Source of the DNA: a virus
Lineage: Duplodnaviria; Heunggongvirae; Uroviricota; Caudoviricetes
Direction: 5' to 3' (one strand)
Virus record (IMG/VR): IMGVR_UViG_3300015610_000614
Location: 35,694 to 99,693 of that record
Length of the DNA stretch: 64,000 nucleotides
Shown here: piece after piece, positions 39,623-48,584 of the stretch
How the letters are laid out: the number at the start of each line of letters is the position of its first letter
Position numbering within the stretch: position 1 is the first letter of the stretch
The notes under the pieces: model-generated
Seen by the model: only the letters and a program-made list of their open reading frames with translations
What the model was told of the DNA's origin: nothing
The model's database searches: none
Made by a program: the position numbers and the translations under genes

Positions 39623-39960
39623 ACTAAAATAATGTGTATATTGTCTTTGTGCAACTTTTTTCTAGCATAGGTTATAGTATCGGCAGTGCCTTTACTATAA
39701 CCATCCCAAAACGCAATTAGTTGTTCACACGAATCTACTATTTGTTTATTTCTAATAAACCCAGCTACTCTACCAAATTTAGACCACTCTGGTTTAATTA
39801 TAGTTTTAGGAATGCCAAATGTATCTGCGTACTCTTCTGCTAAAGTATCCGCCCCTATGGCTCCTCCAGATACAATATGCGTTATATTGTATTTAGCAAT
39901 ATTTATCACAAACTCGTATTCTGAAGTAAAACTCCTGGAACCAACTATTGCTGTTTTCAT
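39619..39960 (-). CDS. SLOG/DUF2493 (DprA-like Rossmann) protein
   Basis: VSGGAIGADTLAE ... FWDGYSKGT. Confidence 0.5.
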   Translation of the reverse strand: MKTAIVGSRSFTSEYEFVINIAKYNITHIVSGGAIGADTLAEEYADTFGIPKTIIKPEWSKFGRVAGFIRNKQIVDSCEQLIAFWDGYSKGTADTITYARKKLHKDNIHIILV

Positions 39961-39961
39961 T

Positions 39962-40189
39962 TTAGTTTAGGAATGCCCTTACTGCATCTAGACCACCGAT
40001 AGGTGCTCCGTTAATTACCACCTGAGGTACGGTTCTAGCGCCTGGGAAATGCTCGAAGAACTTCTTCTTAGCGTCTACGTTATCTAGTTTGATTTCTTCG
40101 ATAGTGTAACCTGCTACGCCTAGAATACTTTTAACAGTTGCGCAGCCTTGGCAGGCATTTTGGGTAAAAACAATAGCGTTCTTATTCAT
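39962..40189 (-). CDS. Glutaredoxin (NrdH-like)
   Basis: CQGC active site, 75 aa, TVPQVVING. Confidence 0.75.
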   Translation of the reverse strand: MNKNAIVFTQNACQGCATVKSILGVAGYTIEEIKLDNVDAKKKFFEHFPGARTVPQVVINGAPIGGLDAVRAFLN

Positions 40190-41138
40190 CTTTGTAATGA
40201 TCCTTAAAAATCTTTAGAAGATCCTCAACTGTATCGTCTTCTAAAGTTAATACATATCGTAAGTATTCTGCAAGCTCTGCACTCATACTCATATTCTGTT
40301 CTAGAATTAGCGTAGCTTCCGTACTTCTAGATACTAGTTTTTTAGAAACTAGAGAAGAATCTGCAGTTTCTAGAGCTGCTAGCGTACTCATATCGCCTTC
40401 TACCTCGTACATAACGTGATCGTATGTACCTGGTACTAGCTCTTCACCAGCCTTTACTGTTTTCTTGATGAGCTGTGGAAGATCGAACTTAATCCAAGTA
40501 TGCTCAAGAGTATCGGTATCAAGTACTATAGCACCAGTATCCACTCGTGAGCGATGAAACGAGGTTGTAACTGGAGATCCTGGATACAGAATATTACGCT
40601 GACAATTATCGTAAGAATGGAGGTCCCCTGCCAGTACCACTTCCCATTGGTTAAATAGGTCGAGATTAATCTCAGGTTTTACATGCGGTGGAATTTCAGC
40701 CCTAAAGTGACTACATACTATTCTTGAAGGATTATTAGGAAATCCATTAACTGCAAAGTCTTTTAGTTCACAGTATGGAATGAAGTCAATTCCATCAATA
40801 GTAGTATATTCATCAATAATCTTCACTAGAGGATTAACTAGATTCGTTACTACTTTTAAATTAGATAAAAATGTAGTACCTTTCTTTAAAGCTTCATGAT
40901 TACCGTCATATATATATGTAGGGATAGAACAATCCCTAATAAAATAGAAGTATAATTCTAACTCTTCCATACTAGGTAGTTTGTCAAAAATATCACCACC
41001 AATAATATGAACATCTACTTGTTTCTCTAATTCATGAATTTGCTGAAATAGAGAAAAGAATCGTTTTGTAGCCCAATCAATTGGAACGTTCTTTTGACCC
41101 AGACGAAGATGCCAGTCTGCTGTAAATAAAACTTTCAA
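40182..41138 (-). CDS. sbcD: SbcD/Mre11-like nuclease
   Basis: Calcineurin-like motifs ADWHL, GGDIFD, GNHE. TTG start overlapping the upstream stop (TTGA). Confidence 0.8.
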   Translation of the reverse strand: MKVLFTADWHLRLGQKNVPIDWATKRFFSLFQQIHELEKQVDVHIIGGDIFDKLPSMEELELYFYFIRDCSIPTYIYDGNHEALKKGTTFLSNLKVVTNLVNPLVKIIDEYTTIDGIDFIPYCELKDFAVNGFPNNPSRIVCSHFRAEIPPHVKPEINLDLFNQWEVVLAGDLHSYDNCQRNILYPGSPVTTSFHRSRVDTGAIVLDTDTLEHTWIKFDLPQLIKKTVKAGEELVPGTYDHVMYEVEGDMSTLAALETADSSLVSKKLVSRSTEATLILEQNMSMSAELAEYLRYVLTLEDDTVEDLLKIFKDHYKDE

Positions 41139-41350
41139 GTCCAGGACTCCTCTGCCTGTATAATAGGATATACGCCATCATCTGAAATACCTATCTCAAT
41201 ATTAGGACTAAACCCTCTGTAATGCCAATTATTGTCATAACCTTTACGCCATACATCAATCATTACTTCATGTTCTCCCAGCATTTCTTTATGCGGCTCA
41301 TGTTCATCAACTAGTTTTTGCAGTAATGCTATTAGATCGGTCGTACGCAT
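41135..41350 (-). CDS. Hypothetical small protein
   Basis: 71 aa coupled ORF. Confidence 0.3.
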   Translation of the reverse strand: MRTTDLIALLQKLVDEHEPHKEMLGEHEVMIDVWRKGYDNNWHYRGFSPNIEIGISDDGVYPIIQAEESWT

Positions 41351-41601
41351 GTAATGCCTCTAACTAGATTGTAAAAATAGCTGCGATCTGCTACAGTTAG
41401 GGTATGCCATCTATCCATAATGGAAACTAATTTGGATAATTCTTTTACATCAATAGTTACTTCTGTTTCTACGTAACCAAGCATACCTTCGTGCTCTACG
41501 TTAGGGGAAGTATATGTTACCTTATGTACAGCTTGGTACCCGTCAGGCTGTTGCTGCATCCACAGTAACTTACTATAGCATATCTTATCTTTTAGAATCA
41601 T
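41332..41601 (-). CDS. Hypothetical small protein
   Basis: 89 aa coupled ORF. Confidence 0.3.
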   Translation of the reverse strand: MILKDKICYSKLLWMQQQPDGYQAVHKVTYTSPNVEHEGMLGYVETEVTIDVKELSKLVSIMDRWHTLTVADRSYFYNLVRGITCVRPI

Positions 41602-41812
41602 TGTATTCTTTCTCTACTAGGTCCCATACCCTATCATAGCACTTCCAGTCGCTTTCAACCACAACACACTCTAGATTGCGTCTAGCATCGAGTTTTCTGC
41701 ACATCTCGATTTTATCTAGAATCGTATTTAACTGTGTTAGGTCTCTAATGCCTAAGTATTTCTTTATGTCTTTACGTTTAATTACAACGTATCTGTTTTC
41801 TTTTTCAAACAT
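41585..41812 (-). CDS. Hypothetical small protein
   Basis: 75 aa coupled ORF. Confidence 0.3.
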   Translation of the reverse strand: MFEKENRYVVIKRKDIKKYLGIRDLTQLNTILDKIEMCRKLDARRNLECVVVESDWKCYDRVWDLVEKEYNDSKR

Positions 41813-41820
41813 AATAGATG

Positions 41821-41858
41821 AAAAAGCCCGCTAAGCTTGAAAAACCTAGCGGGCTTAA
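41821..41858 (-). terminator. Rho-independent terminator after the SSB gene
   Basis: agcccgcta / tagcgggct stem with a U-run on the minus strand. Confidence 0.7.
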
Positions 41859-41866
41859 AAAGTTAA

Positions 41867-42520
41867 TTAACCTAGTTCGCGAGCAGCTTCACCTGCGGCA
41901 GCATCACCGTCTTCACCGCCTTCTTCTTCCTCAGAGCCAGTAGTCTGGATCTTAGTTAGAAGCTTGCGAATGTCTTCAGGAGTAGGACGCGGATACTTTT
42001 CGTCGATTGACTTAGCCGCAGCAACTACAGCGCGTTCAGCTTCCGTTAGAGGACGCTTCTTGCACTTTAGAGGCATTAGGTTGTATTCTACGTTAAAGGC
42101 ATGTGCACCAGTCTTAACGCGCTTGAATACAATATCCCAACCATCATCAGGATCGGTAGGATCACCAAGACTTTCTGCTGTTTCGACAATTTGTTGGAAC
42201 AGCTTCTTCTTTAGATTTACTGCTACTTCCTCGCCAGTAGCAAGGTTAATGCCGTTGATTACATAAGACCAAGAACACTTCTTGTCAGGGTAAAAGTCGG
42301 GTACAGGATCTTCTACTGCGTTATCAAAACGCTCATCCTCGCGATTGAAAGCAAGACATTCAACAGGGATATCCTTGTTATTCTTGCCCTTTAGCCAGTA
42401 TACATAACGTGCTAGAACGCCACCGAATAGACGTACAGCGTTTTCGCCATCCTTGTAGTCTAGAGTCTTTACGCGAGAGGTTTCTGCCTTACCCTTTGCC
42501 TTACCGAATGCTAGTGCCAT
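41867..42520 (-). CDS. ssDNA-binding protein (T4 gp32-like) with an acidic C-terminal tail
   Basis: GWDIVFKRVKTG resembles gp32 WEGANFVLKVKQV. C-terminus SEEEEGGEDGD. Confidence 0.45.
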   Translation of the reverse strand: MALAFGKAKGKAETSRVKTLDYKDGENAVRLFGGVLARYVYWLKGKNNKDIPVECLAFNREDERFDNAVEDPVPDFYPDKKCSWSYVINGINLATGEEVAVNLKKKLFQQIVETAESLGDPTDPDDGWDIVFKRVKTGAHAFNVEYNLMPLKCKKRPLTEAERAVVAAAKSIDEKYPRPTPEDIRKLLTKIQTTGSEEEEGGEDGDAAAGEAARELG

Positions 42521-42896
42521 ATTGTTCCTCGTATTTAAAAAGTATGTGTTTACCTGCTATTTTTAGCAGTGGATTGTGTTTAATTAGTTCTAGGTTTAGT
42601 TCTGGGAAATAGGAACTATCTAGTCCTTTATATCCGTATAGTTTATACTGTGTGTAATCTCGCCTTGCGGCTAGTTTAACGTATTGTACTCTATAACGCA
42701 AATCAACATCGTTATTTTTGAAGATTGGCGCTGGGTTCAGCAACCAGCTGAACCCTTTGGATATGTTTTTTATTGTAACGTAGGAGATTGTCCTACTTTT
42801 TGCCGGCTTGCCGGTGTGAGCTAATTCAAGTAAATATAGAAATTTATCTGGCTTATCTTTAGCTTCCTTTTCAAGTAGATCAAGATTGAAAAACAT
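42501..42896 (-). CDS. Hypothetical protein
   Basis: 131 aa ORF. Confidence 0.3.
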   Translation of the reverse strand: MFFNLDLLEKEAKDKPDKFLYLLELAHTGKPAKSRTISYVTIKNISKGFSWLLNPAPIFKNNDVDLRYRVQYVKLAARRDYTQYKLYGYKGLDSSYFPELNLELIKHNPLLKIAGKHILFKYEEQYGTSIR

Positions 42897-42959
42897 CTAT
42901 TACCCAAATTTAGAACATCTATTATAACAGCTTGCGGCCGTAGCCGCAAGCTCAGTTTT

Positions 42960-44354
42960 TTACAGCTTTGCACGATCTCGAATCTCGTCGAAGCTGTTCG
43001 TGACTAGTAGCTTACCGTCACGGAATACCTCAACAAGAATAGAGCGATCAGTTTCAGGAGTAGAGAAGTAACCGTAGCTATCTTTAGATAGCACTACACG
43101 ACCCTTCTTGCTAGACTTATTACTAGCAGTAACTGGATCCTTATATACATCATGCCACTCACCGTCAATGCAGATAGCAGAACATTTCATAGCGAATCCT
43201 AAGGTGTCGCGGTTAACATGATCTAGTAGGGCTCCGCCCATACCAAAAGCAATGTTATCAGCGCTCCATTGCAGCGTGTATAGCACATGCAGAATGTTCC
43301 AGATAGACTTAAAGTTAATGCCGTCTCCCCAGATTAGACGTACATGGTTAAGAACCTTGAACCCCTTGTCATTGACAGTGTATCCAAAGTCACTTTCCAG
43401 AATCTCTAGCATCTTAGGTAGCACCTTTTCAGGATCTCCACTATCAGGACGAATTACTAGAGTACCGCCACTAGAGATAACCTGGTCTTTTAGTTCACCA
43501 CCCCAAATACGGCAAGCATGATATATATCATAACTATCGCTGACAACAGCGTAGATCCCACCAGGCTTACTAAAATTAGAAACCATGTTGGCATAAGCGG
43601 ACGATTCCGACTCACGACCCCAGCTAGTAATAGTAGAGTGCTCAGCAGCAGGAATACTAAAACCGACTTCGCTAATAGAAGCGCCATAACTTTCGATAGC
43701 CTTTACAACAGCAACAAAGGTATCCGTACCCTTAAAATTAATAAGGTGTGCCATACCACCAAGAGCAGCAGTTTCATTACTCTTAGCACCACGTGCACCA
43801 AAATCGTGCAACTTAAAATCTAGTAGATTAACGTCACCCGTTACCTCTAGATAATGCTTAATTAGCTTCTTGATCTGACGGCTAAGGGTAGCTACACTGG
43901 AGGGGTACCAAATTGCACGTAGAAGTGCAGTTTCTACCCAAGTCGTAAGCCAAGGCACCTTAGGGTCGGTGTTCTCTACAGTACACAGTACATTACGCAG
44001 AGAAATTACACTACCTTCTGGAGCTGCCTTAATGCTGATTGGGAGAAAACCCCCGTGCTGCTTAACAATATAGTCCCATCCTTCCCGATTGAAAGGCTCA
44101 CCGTGCGCTGTCCAATAGGCATCCGCCAAGGCCACGTCATTTTCAGTGACGGGAGTAAGCAGATAATCTTGAATAAAAGCCTGTAGTCCAAAGAATACTG
44201 CGCCGTCGTCTTCATATCCATACCAGTTATCTGGTGTATTATTACTACGTGCTTCGATATAGCTGTATACGTATTCGGAACCTTCCGGATACTGCTTCCA
44301 CATCGAAACCTTATAGCTATCAGTGTTAAATAGAATGTTATTGATCTTAGACAT
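42960..44354 (-). CDS. nadV: Nicotinamide phosphoribosyltransferase (NadV/Nampt)
   Basis: N-terminus ILFNTDSYKVSMW is characteristic of Nampt; 464 aa. Confidence 0.85.
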   Translation of the reverse strand: MSKINNILFNTDSYKVSMWKQYPEGSEYVYSYIEARSNNTPDNWYGYEDDGAVFFGLQAFIQDYLLTPVTENDVALADAYWTAHGEPFNREGWDYIVKQHGGFLPISIKAAPEGSVISLRNVLCTVENTDPKVPWLTTWVETALLRAIWYPSSVATLSRQIKKLIKHYLEVTGDVNLLDFKLHDFGARGAKSNETAALGGMAHLINFKGTDTFVAVVKAIESYGASISEVGFSIPAAEHSTITSWGRESESSAYANMVSNFSKPGGIYAVVSDSYDIYHACRIWGGELKDQVISSGGTLVIRPDSGDPEKVLPKMLEILESDFGYTVNDKGFKVLNHVRLIWGDGINFKSIWNILHVLYTLQWSADNIAFGMGGALLDHVNRDTLGFAMKCSAICIDGEWHDVYKDPVTASNKSSKKGRVVLSKDSYGYFSTPETDRSILVEVFRDGKLLVTNSFDEIRDRAKL

Positions 44355-44385
44355 ATGAAACTCCTTCTTTATGTCGTTTATTAAA

Positions 44386-44616
44386 TTAACGATCTCGCCA
44401 GAAATCGCCGGTTATGTAACTACTAGTCTCTGGTTGTACTGGACGTAAACCACTTGGATAGTTTACACATACTGTCTGTAAACATACAGGACAAGTGCAT
44501 GACCAGTCTTCGCCATCTCGTAAATTAGACCTAGTCCTGCCGTCGGATTTACTAACTTCTAGTTCTGACTTACAGTGCCTACAAGTTACGCGATAGCGCT
44601 TCTCGGCCTCAGGCAC
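44386..44616 (-). CDS. Zn-ribbon small protein
   Basis: CRHC ... CTCPVC. Confidence 0.35.
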   Translation of the reverse strand: MPEAEKRYRVTCRHCKSELEVSKSDGRTRSNLRDGEDWSCTCPVCLQTVCVNYPSGLRPVQPETSSYITGDFWRDR

Positions 44617-44632
44617 TCCACGAGAAATAACC

Positions 44633-45616
44633 TTAATACCTATACATGCTCCAGTTATTAACTGCTAGGACTGGCTTCACTCCAGTCATTTCTGAAATGA
44701 TTTCTCCGTGGTCATCGTGAAGTCGCATATAATTGATAGCTTCCTCAATAGGCACAAACTTAGCATTAACTGCATCATCCATGCCCTTAACACGTGGGAA
44801 AGTACCGTCCGGATTGGGGTCAATATGAACCAATACTGCTAGAGTGACTTTAGGTACAAAACCACTACTACGGCTAGGATGGTCAAATAGACGCGTAGAC
44901 TTAATAGACCCACGAACTACTTTTTCAGGTACACGAAGATTTGTTTCTTCGTACATTTCACGAATTGCACAATCAATAAAAGTTTCGTACTTTTGTTTAT
45001 GCCCACCAGGTAGTGCCCAGGTACCGTTCTTACGTTCAATCAGCAGAACATGTCCTAGGCAAATAACTACTGCGTCTCCGCAGTTTGCTTGCAAGCAGTC
45101 AGGAAATGGGTAAGATTCAAACTTCTTACGATCGCTGTCGTAATCGAGGTATTCGAGCTGTACAACGGCCGGTAGTAGATGACGATGCGCGTTACGTAGT
45201 TCAGTACCGGATGTTTCGATTGTAGAATCGATATTCTGGTATTTAAACTGCGGGAACCAACGCAGATAGTCGTTGCCTTCCTTAAAATGACCGTATAGCG
45301 TAACATCCGCTTCTACAGTGATTACTTGCTTAATGGTTGCCGCAACGTCGGCCATCCATTGATCGTCACTGTAAAGGTAGTCATTAAGGGGCACTACATT
45401 TACACGGTCTGTGTACTCGGGTCCTAGTGCTTTATAGATAGCGCCTCGGCGTTCATCAAAGGTAAACGGATTCTTAATAGAACGAGCCTTATTTGCACTG
45501 CCTACCAGAATAATAAGTTCGTCAGATACCTCTAGAATTCGCTTCATCAGGAACATATGACCTTCATGAGGTTCAGGAACCTGAAAGCGACCAATCAAAA
45601 TACCAATCTTCTTCAT
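44633..45616 (-). CDS. nadM: Bifunctional NMN adenylyltransferase (NadM) plus Nudix hydrolase
   Basis: GRFQVPEPHEGH (HxGH nucleotidyltransferase). Nudix box GGHKQKYETFIDCAIREMYEETNL. ATG at 45616 with RBS gcaggag; the listed M1 is a TTG. Confidence 0.8.
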   Translation of the reverse strand: MKKIGILIGRFQVPEPHEGHMFLMKRILEVSDELIILVGSANKARSIKNPFTFDERRGAIYKALGPEYTDRVNVVPLNDYLYSDDQWMADVAATIKQVITVEADVTLYGHFKEGNDYLRWFPQFKYQNIDSTIETSGTELRNAHRHLLPAVVQLEYLDYDSDRKKFESYPFPDCLQANCGDAVVICLGHVLLIERKNGTWALPGGHKQKYETFIDCAIREMYEETNLRVPEKVVRGSIKSTRLFDHPSRSSGFVPKVTLAVLVHIDPNPDGTFPRVKGMDDAVNAKFVPIEEAINYMRLHDDHGEIISEMTGVKPVLAVNNWSMYRY

Positions 45617-45642
45617 TTGCAACTCCTGCAAAGTTAATATTT

Positions 45643-45687
45643 CCCACTCAATACATATATTATATGCTAATTGAGTGGGTTATTCAA
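45643..45687 (-). promoter_or_regulatory. Promoter of nadM (TTGAAT, 17-bp spacer, TATAAT) overlapped by an 11-bp inverted repeat
   Basis: -35 at 45682-45687 and -10 at 45659-45664 (minus strand). Inverted repeat cccactcaat(t) at 45643-45652 / 45670-45679 brackets the -10. Confidence 0.55.
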
Positions 45688-45697
45688 GTCAAGAATT

Positions 45698-47026
45698 TTA
45701 TTCAATGACTTCGATTGTCCAACCATTTTCCTTATATAATTTCAAGCGTTCTTTAGCTTGCTTATACTCGGTTGGACCATTAAATTGAATGTCTATAGTA
45801 ACGGGCATCTTCTTACTAGAATGCATACGCTGGATACGGCCTATTAGCTGTTCTAGTAGAATTCTGTTACTTGTAGGCTGGGCTAAAACTACGCAGCTTA
45901 GGATGTTGTACGACAAGCCTTCTGTGAAGATTTGTCGGCTACCAGCAATACTGGTAATTTCCTGCGATTCGAGTCTTGAGTCGATTTTTGAACGCTCTTC
46001 GAAAGAGGTTTCGCCTGTAACAAGTAAGCAACTTTCACCAACTTTAGCCTTTAAGTTATTAAGAAATTCAACGCGATCAGCAACTACTAAGACTCTATAT
46101 CCTGCAGCTACTTGAACTTTTACTATATTTGCAATAAAGTCTTGGTATTCTGGATCATACAATAGATTATTAATCTTAGTAGTCCAGTCTACATCAGGAG
46201 TTAATGCAAAATTAGTTGACAATACCTTTACATGAACTGGTAAAGTATTCTCTACTTCTGGTTGGAACATCTTTGTTCCAAAATAGTCTTGGAACAAAAC
46301 GTGCCTATTATCCTTACGCTTAATAGTACCAGATAAACCGATCTTATATCTAGCGTAAGATGAATTTAAAAAGTCTTGGAAAGTAGTAGCAGGGCAATGA
46401 TGTGCCTCATCAACAATTACCGTACCAAATTCTTTACAAATCGTAGTTTGATGCTTCTTTAAAGATTGTATATTACCCACTACAATACAGTGATCGTCTA
46501 CATCAAATTTACCACTACCAATAATGCCTGGACTAATGCCGAACAGCTTCTTAATTTCGCCAGCCCACTGATCTCGTAGAGCTGTGGTATGCACTACTAT
46601 CAACGTTTTCTGGGATAGTTTAGCAGCTACGTGTAGTGCCCAAAACGTCTTACCCCAACCTACCTTAGCATTCATAAAGCAGCAGTCGTGTACTGCATCG
46701 TGCATTTCTTGCTGACTACCAGCACGTAATGGGTACTTCGGCGCGGGGAACGGAATATTATCTGTAATGCGCTTGTCTACTATTTCTGCGTCTTCTGGTA
46801 TAAGGTCTACTCTACCAGAAGGGAAGGAAATCATATTACCGGGCAGTAGGGAGTATGTACGTACAAACTCAATATCACGTTTAGCACGAATTTCTCCAGA
46901 CATAATATCTTTTGTATGTCTAGTAATAGATATTTTATGAGTCAGCGCATTCATTAGCGAGCGTGCATCTATATCACTCTCCGGCAGCTTCATGTAAATT
47001 CTATTACTAATAACTACTTTAGCCAT
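45698..47026 (-). CDS. SF2 DNA helicase (DEAH box)
   Basis: Walker A GWGKT, VIVDEAHH. Confidence 0.7.
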   Translation of the reverse strand: MAKVVISNRIYMKLPESDIDARSLMNALTHKISITRHTKDIMSGEIRAKRDIEFVRTYSLLPGNMISFPSGRVDLIPEDAEIVDKRITDNIPFPAPKYPLRAGSQQEMHDAVHDCCFMNAKVGWGKTFWALHVAAKLSQKTLIVVHTTALRDQWAGEIKKLFGISPGIIGSGKFDVDDHCIVVGNIQSLKKHQTTICKEFGTVIVDEAHHCPATTFQDFLNSSYARYKIGLSGTIKRKDNRHVLFQDYFGTKMFQPEVENTLPVHVKVLSTNFALTPDVDWTTKINNLLYDPEYQDFIANIVKVQVAAGYRVLVVADRVEFLNNLKAKVGESCLLVTGETSFEERSKIDSRLESQEITSIAGSRQIFTEGLSYNILSCVVLAQPTSNRILLEQLIGRIQRMHSSKKMPVTIDIQFNGPTEYKQAKERLKLYKENGWTIEVIE

Positions 47027-47288
47027 AGTACCCGATTTCCGTTTTCTCTGTTAGTTTTTTGTTGCATACAGCACATTTAGTTATGTAGTCGATATATCCT
47101 CGGTCGTAGTAATCCCCTGACACGCTCTTTATTTCGGTCTTAGTTTCTTCGTGAGTGCATACATTTTGCACCCCTGTCTGTAGAGTACTCATATGCTCAC
47201 TTAGCTCCTTCATGGATTTATATAAAGTATCGTATGCTTCTCTACATTTACTAAGATCCTCTAGGAATTCTTTTACACTTTTCGCCAT
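47019..47288 (-). CDS. Small Zn-binding protein
   Basis: CTHEE...CAVCNKKL. Confidence 0.3.
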   Translation of the reverse strand: MAKSVKEFLEDLSKCREAYDTLYKSMKELSEHMSTLQTGVQNVCTHEETKTEIKSVSGDYYDRGYIDYITKCAVCNKKLTEKTEIGYYG

Positions 47289-47812
47289 CTTTTAATTCCA
47301 GTCGGTATTTCGTTTAATAGTCCATATATATACATACTACCTTTGTTACGGATTATAGCAGCATATTTAGGTGGATCTATATAGTAATTACCAAGTACTT
47401 TAAATCTACAGGGAAGACCTTTTACAGCAATTATACTTCCGCCTGCAGGTACTGGTATTACTTTCTCTACTTCATAATATTCAACAGTATATGCTGTGGA
47501 TTTCTTATACTTAAAGAGCTTGCCTTTAGAATCAATATACCAGACGTTAGACTTACTAATTTTAATTAGATCGCCAATAAAGAATATAGCTTTACCTAGC
47601 TTCTTTAACTGGTCACCTCTTACTTTTATATTAAGTCTACGTCTACCGAGTGTGTCACCCGGTACATTTTTATCATCTATAATATACGCAAATGTTGAAA
47701 AACTTCCGTCTTCGTGTTCCTGCTCTTTAAGAAATAGAGAGACCCCATCTTTAACGATAGGGTCTCTTGTTCCAACAACATATACCGGAAAAGTTATTTC
47801 CGATATATCCAT
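47273..47812 (-). CDS. Hypothetical protein
   Basis: 179 aa ORF. Confidence 0.3.
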   Translation of the reverse strand: MDISEITFPVYVVGTRDPIVKDGVSLFLKEQEHEDGSFSTFAYIIDDKNVPGDTLGRRRLNIKVRGDQLKKLGKAIFFIGDLIKISKSNVWYIDSKGKLFKYKKSTAYTVEYYEVEKVIPVPAGGSIIAVKGLPCRFKVLGNYYIDPPKYAAIIRNKGSMYIYGLLNEIPTGIKRWRKV

Positions 47813-47813
47813 C

Positions 47814-48584
47814 TTACTTTTCCTTAGGTTTCTTTACCAGGATACCGTCTACTTCTTCGTAAGTCTTTTCAAACTTGCCGAACGAGTAGTCCTTACCAAT
47901 TTCCTGATCTACACCAATAGGTGTACTGGGGATAGAACAACCACGATCCTTCTTAGTATTTCTACGTAGAATTTCGCAGTATTCTTCAACCTGATCATCA
48001 CGTACTAGCGCTACAATAGAGTCATGTACTAACATGAAGATTTGTGCGTCTAACTTCTTTTCTGCAATTTCAGCTGCGGTATCCATAGCAGCAAACAGAT
48101 TTACATCTGAAGCTAGCGACTGGATCTCAGAGTTAATGCCACTACGAACCTCATGTGAAGCAATGCCCTTATCTGCACTAAATACATTAGTTAGGCGACG
48201 CTTGCGCCCGAAGAACGAATAAGTGAAACCATTGGCTTCAATAAAGTCCTTACGAGACTCTAGCCACTTCTTAAGTTTGCTGAACTTAGTGAAGTAGTCC
48301 TTAATGTTGTCCTTCGCAGTATCTAGGCTGTAGTACTCACCAGTTGCTTTAGTTACGGATTCCGCAACTTTAGCCGGCCCTGAACCGTACAAGATTCCGA
48401 ATGTAATTGCCTTTGCAGCCTGCCGAAGGGCAGGGTATAGGGTTTTAACCTCATCTACCGAACAAGGCAGATTGAAAACCATCTTCGCAATAGTAGAGTG
48501 AAGGTCACCGCCACTAGAGAAAACAGCCTGAAGGTTTTTATCCCCACTCAACACCGCAGCGTAGTACACTTCGGCGGTGGTCAA
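47814..48584 (-). CDS. polA: DNA polymerase I family (PolA), exon 2 (motifs B and C)
   Basis: EVYYAAVLSGDKNLQAVF aligns with ELRIMAHLSRDKGLLTAF. RQAAKAITFGILYG is motif B. LVHDSIV is motif C. There is no ATG at the 5' end (TTG preceded by TAA). Confidence 0.8.
   Translation of the reverse strand: MTTAEVYYAAVLSGDKNLQAVFSSGGDLHSTIAKMVFNLPCSVDEVKTLYPALRQAAKAITFGILYGSGPAKVAESVTKATGEYYSLDTAKDNIKDYFTKFSKLKKWLESRKDFIEANGFTYSFFGRKRRLTNVFSADKGIASHEVRSGINSEIQSLASDVNLFAAMDTAAEIAEKKLDAQIFMLVHDSIVALVRDDQVEEYCEILRRNTKKDRGCSIPSTPIGVDQEIGKDYSFGKFEKTYEEVDGILVKKPKEK

Noticed and set aside
42920-42960. Hairpin gcttgcggc cgta gccgcaagc after nadV as a minus-strand terminator
   Set aside because: The U-run is on the + strand side only. 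On the coding (minus) strand the stem is preceded, not followed, by the A/U-run. It may be a + strand terminator against read-through or a processing site.
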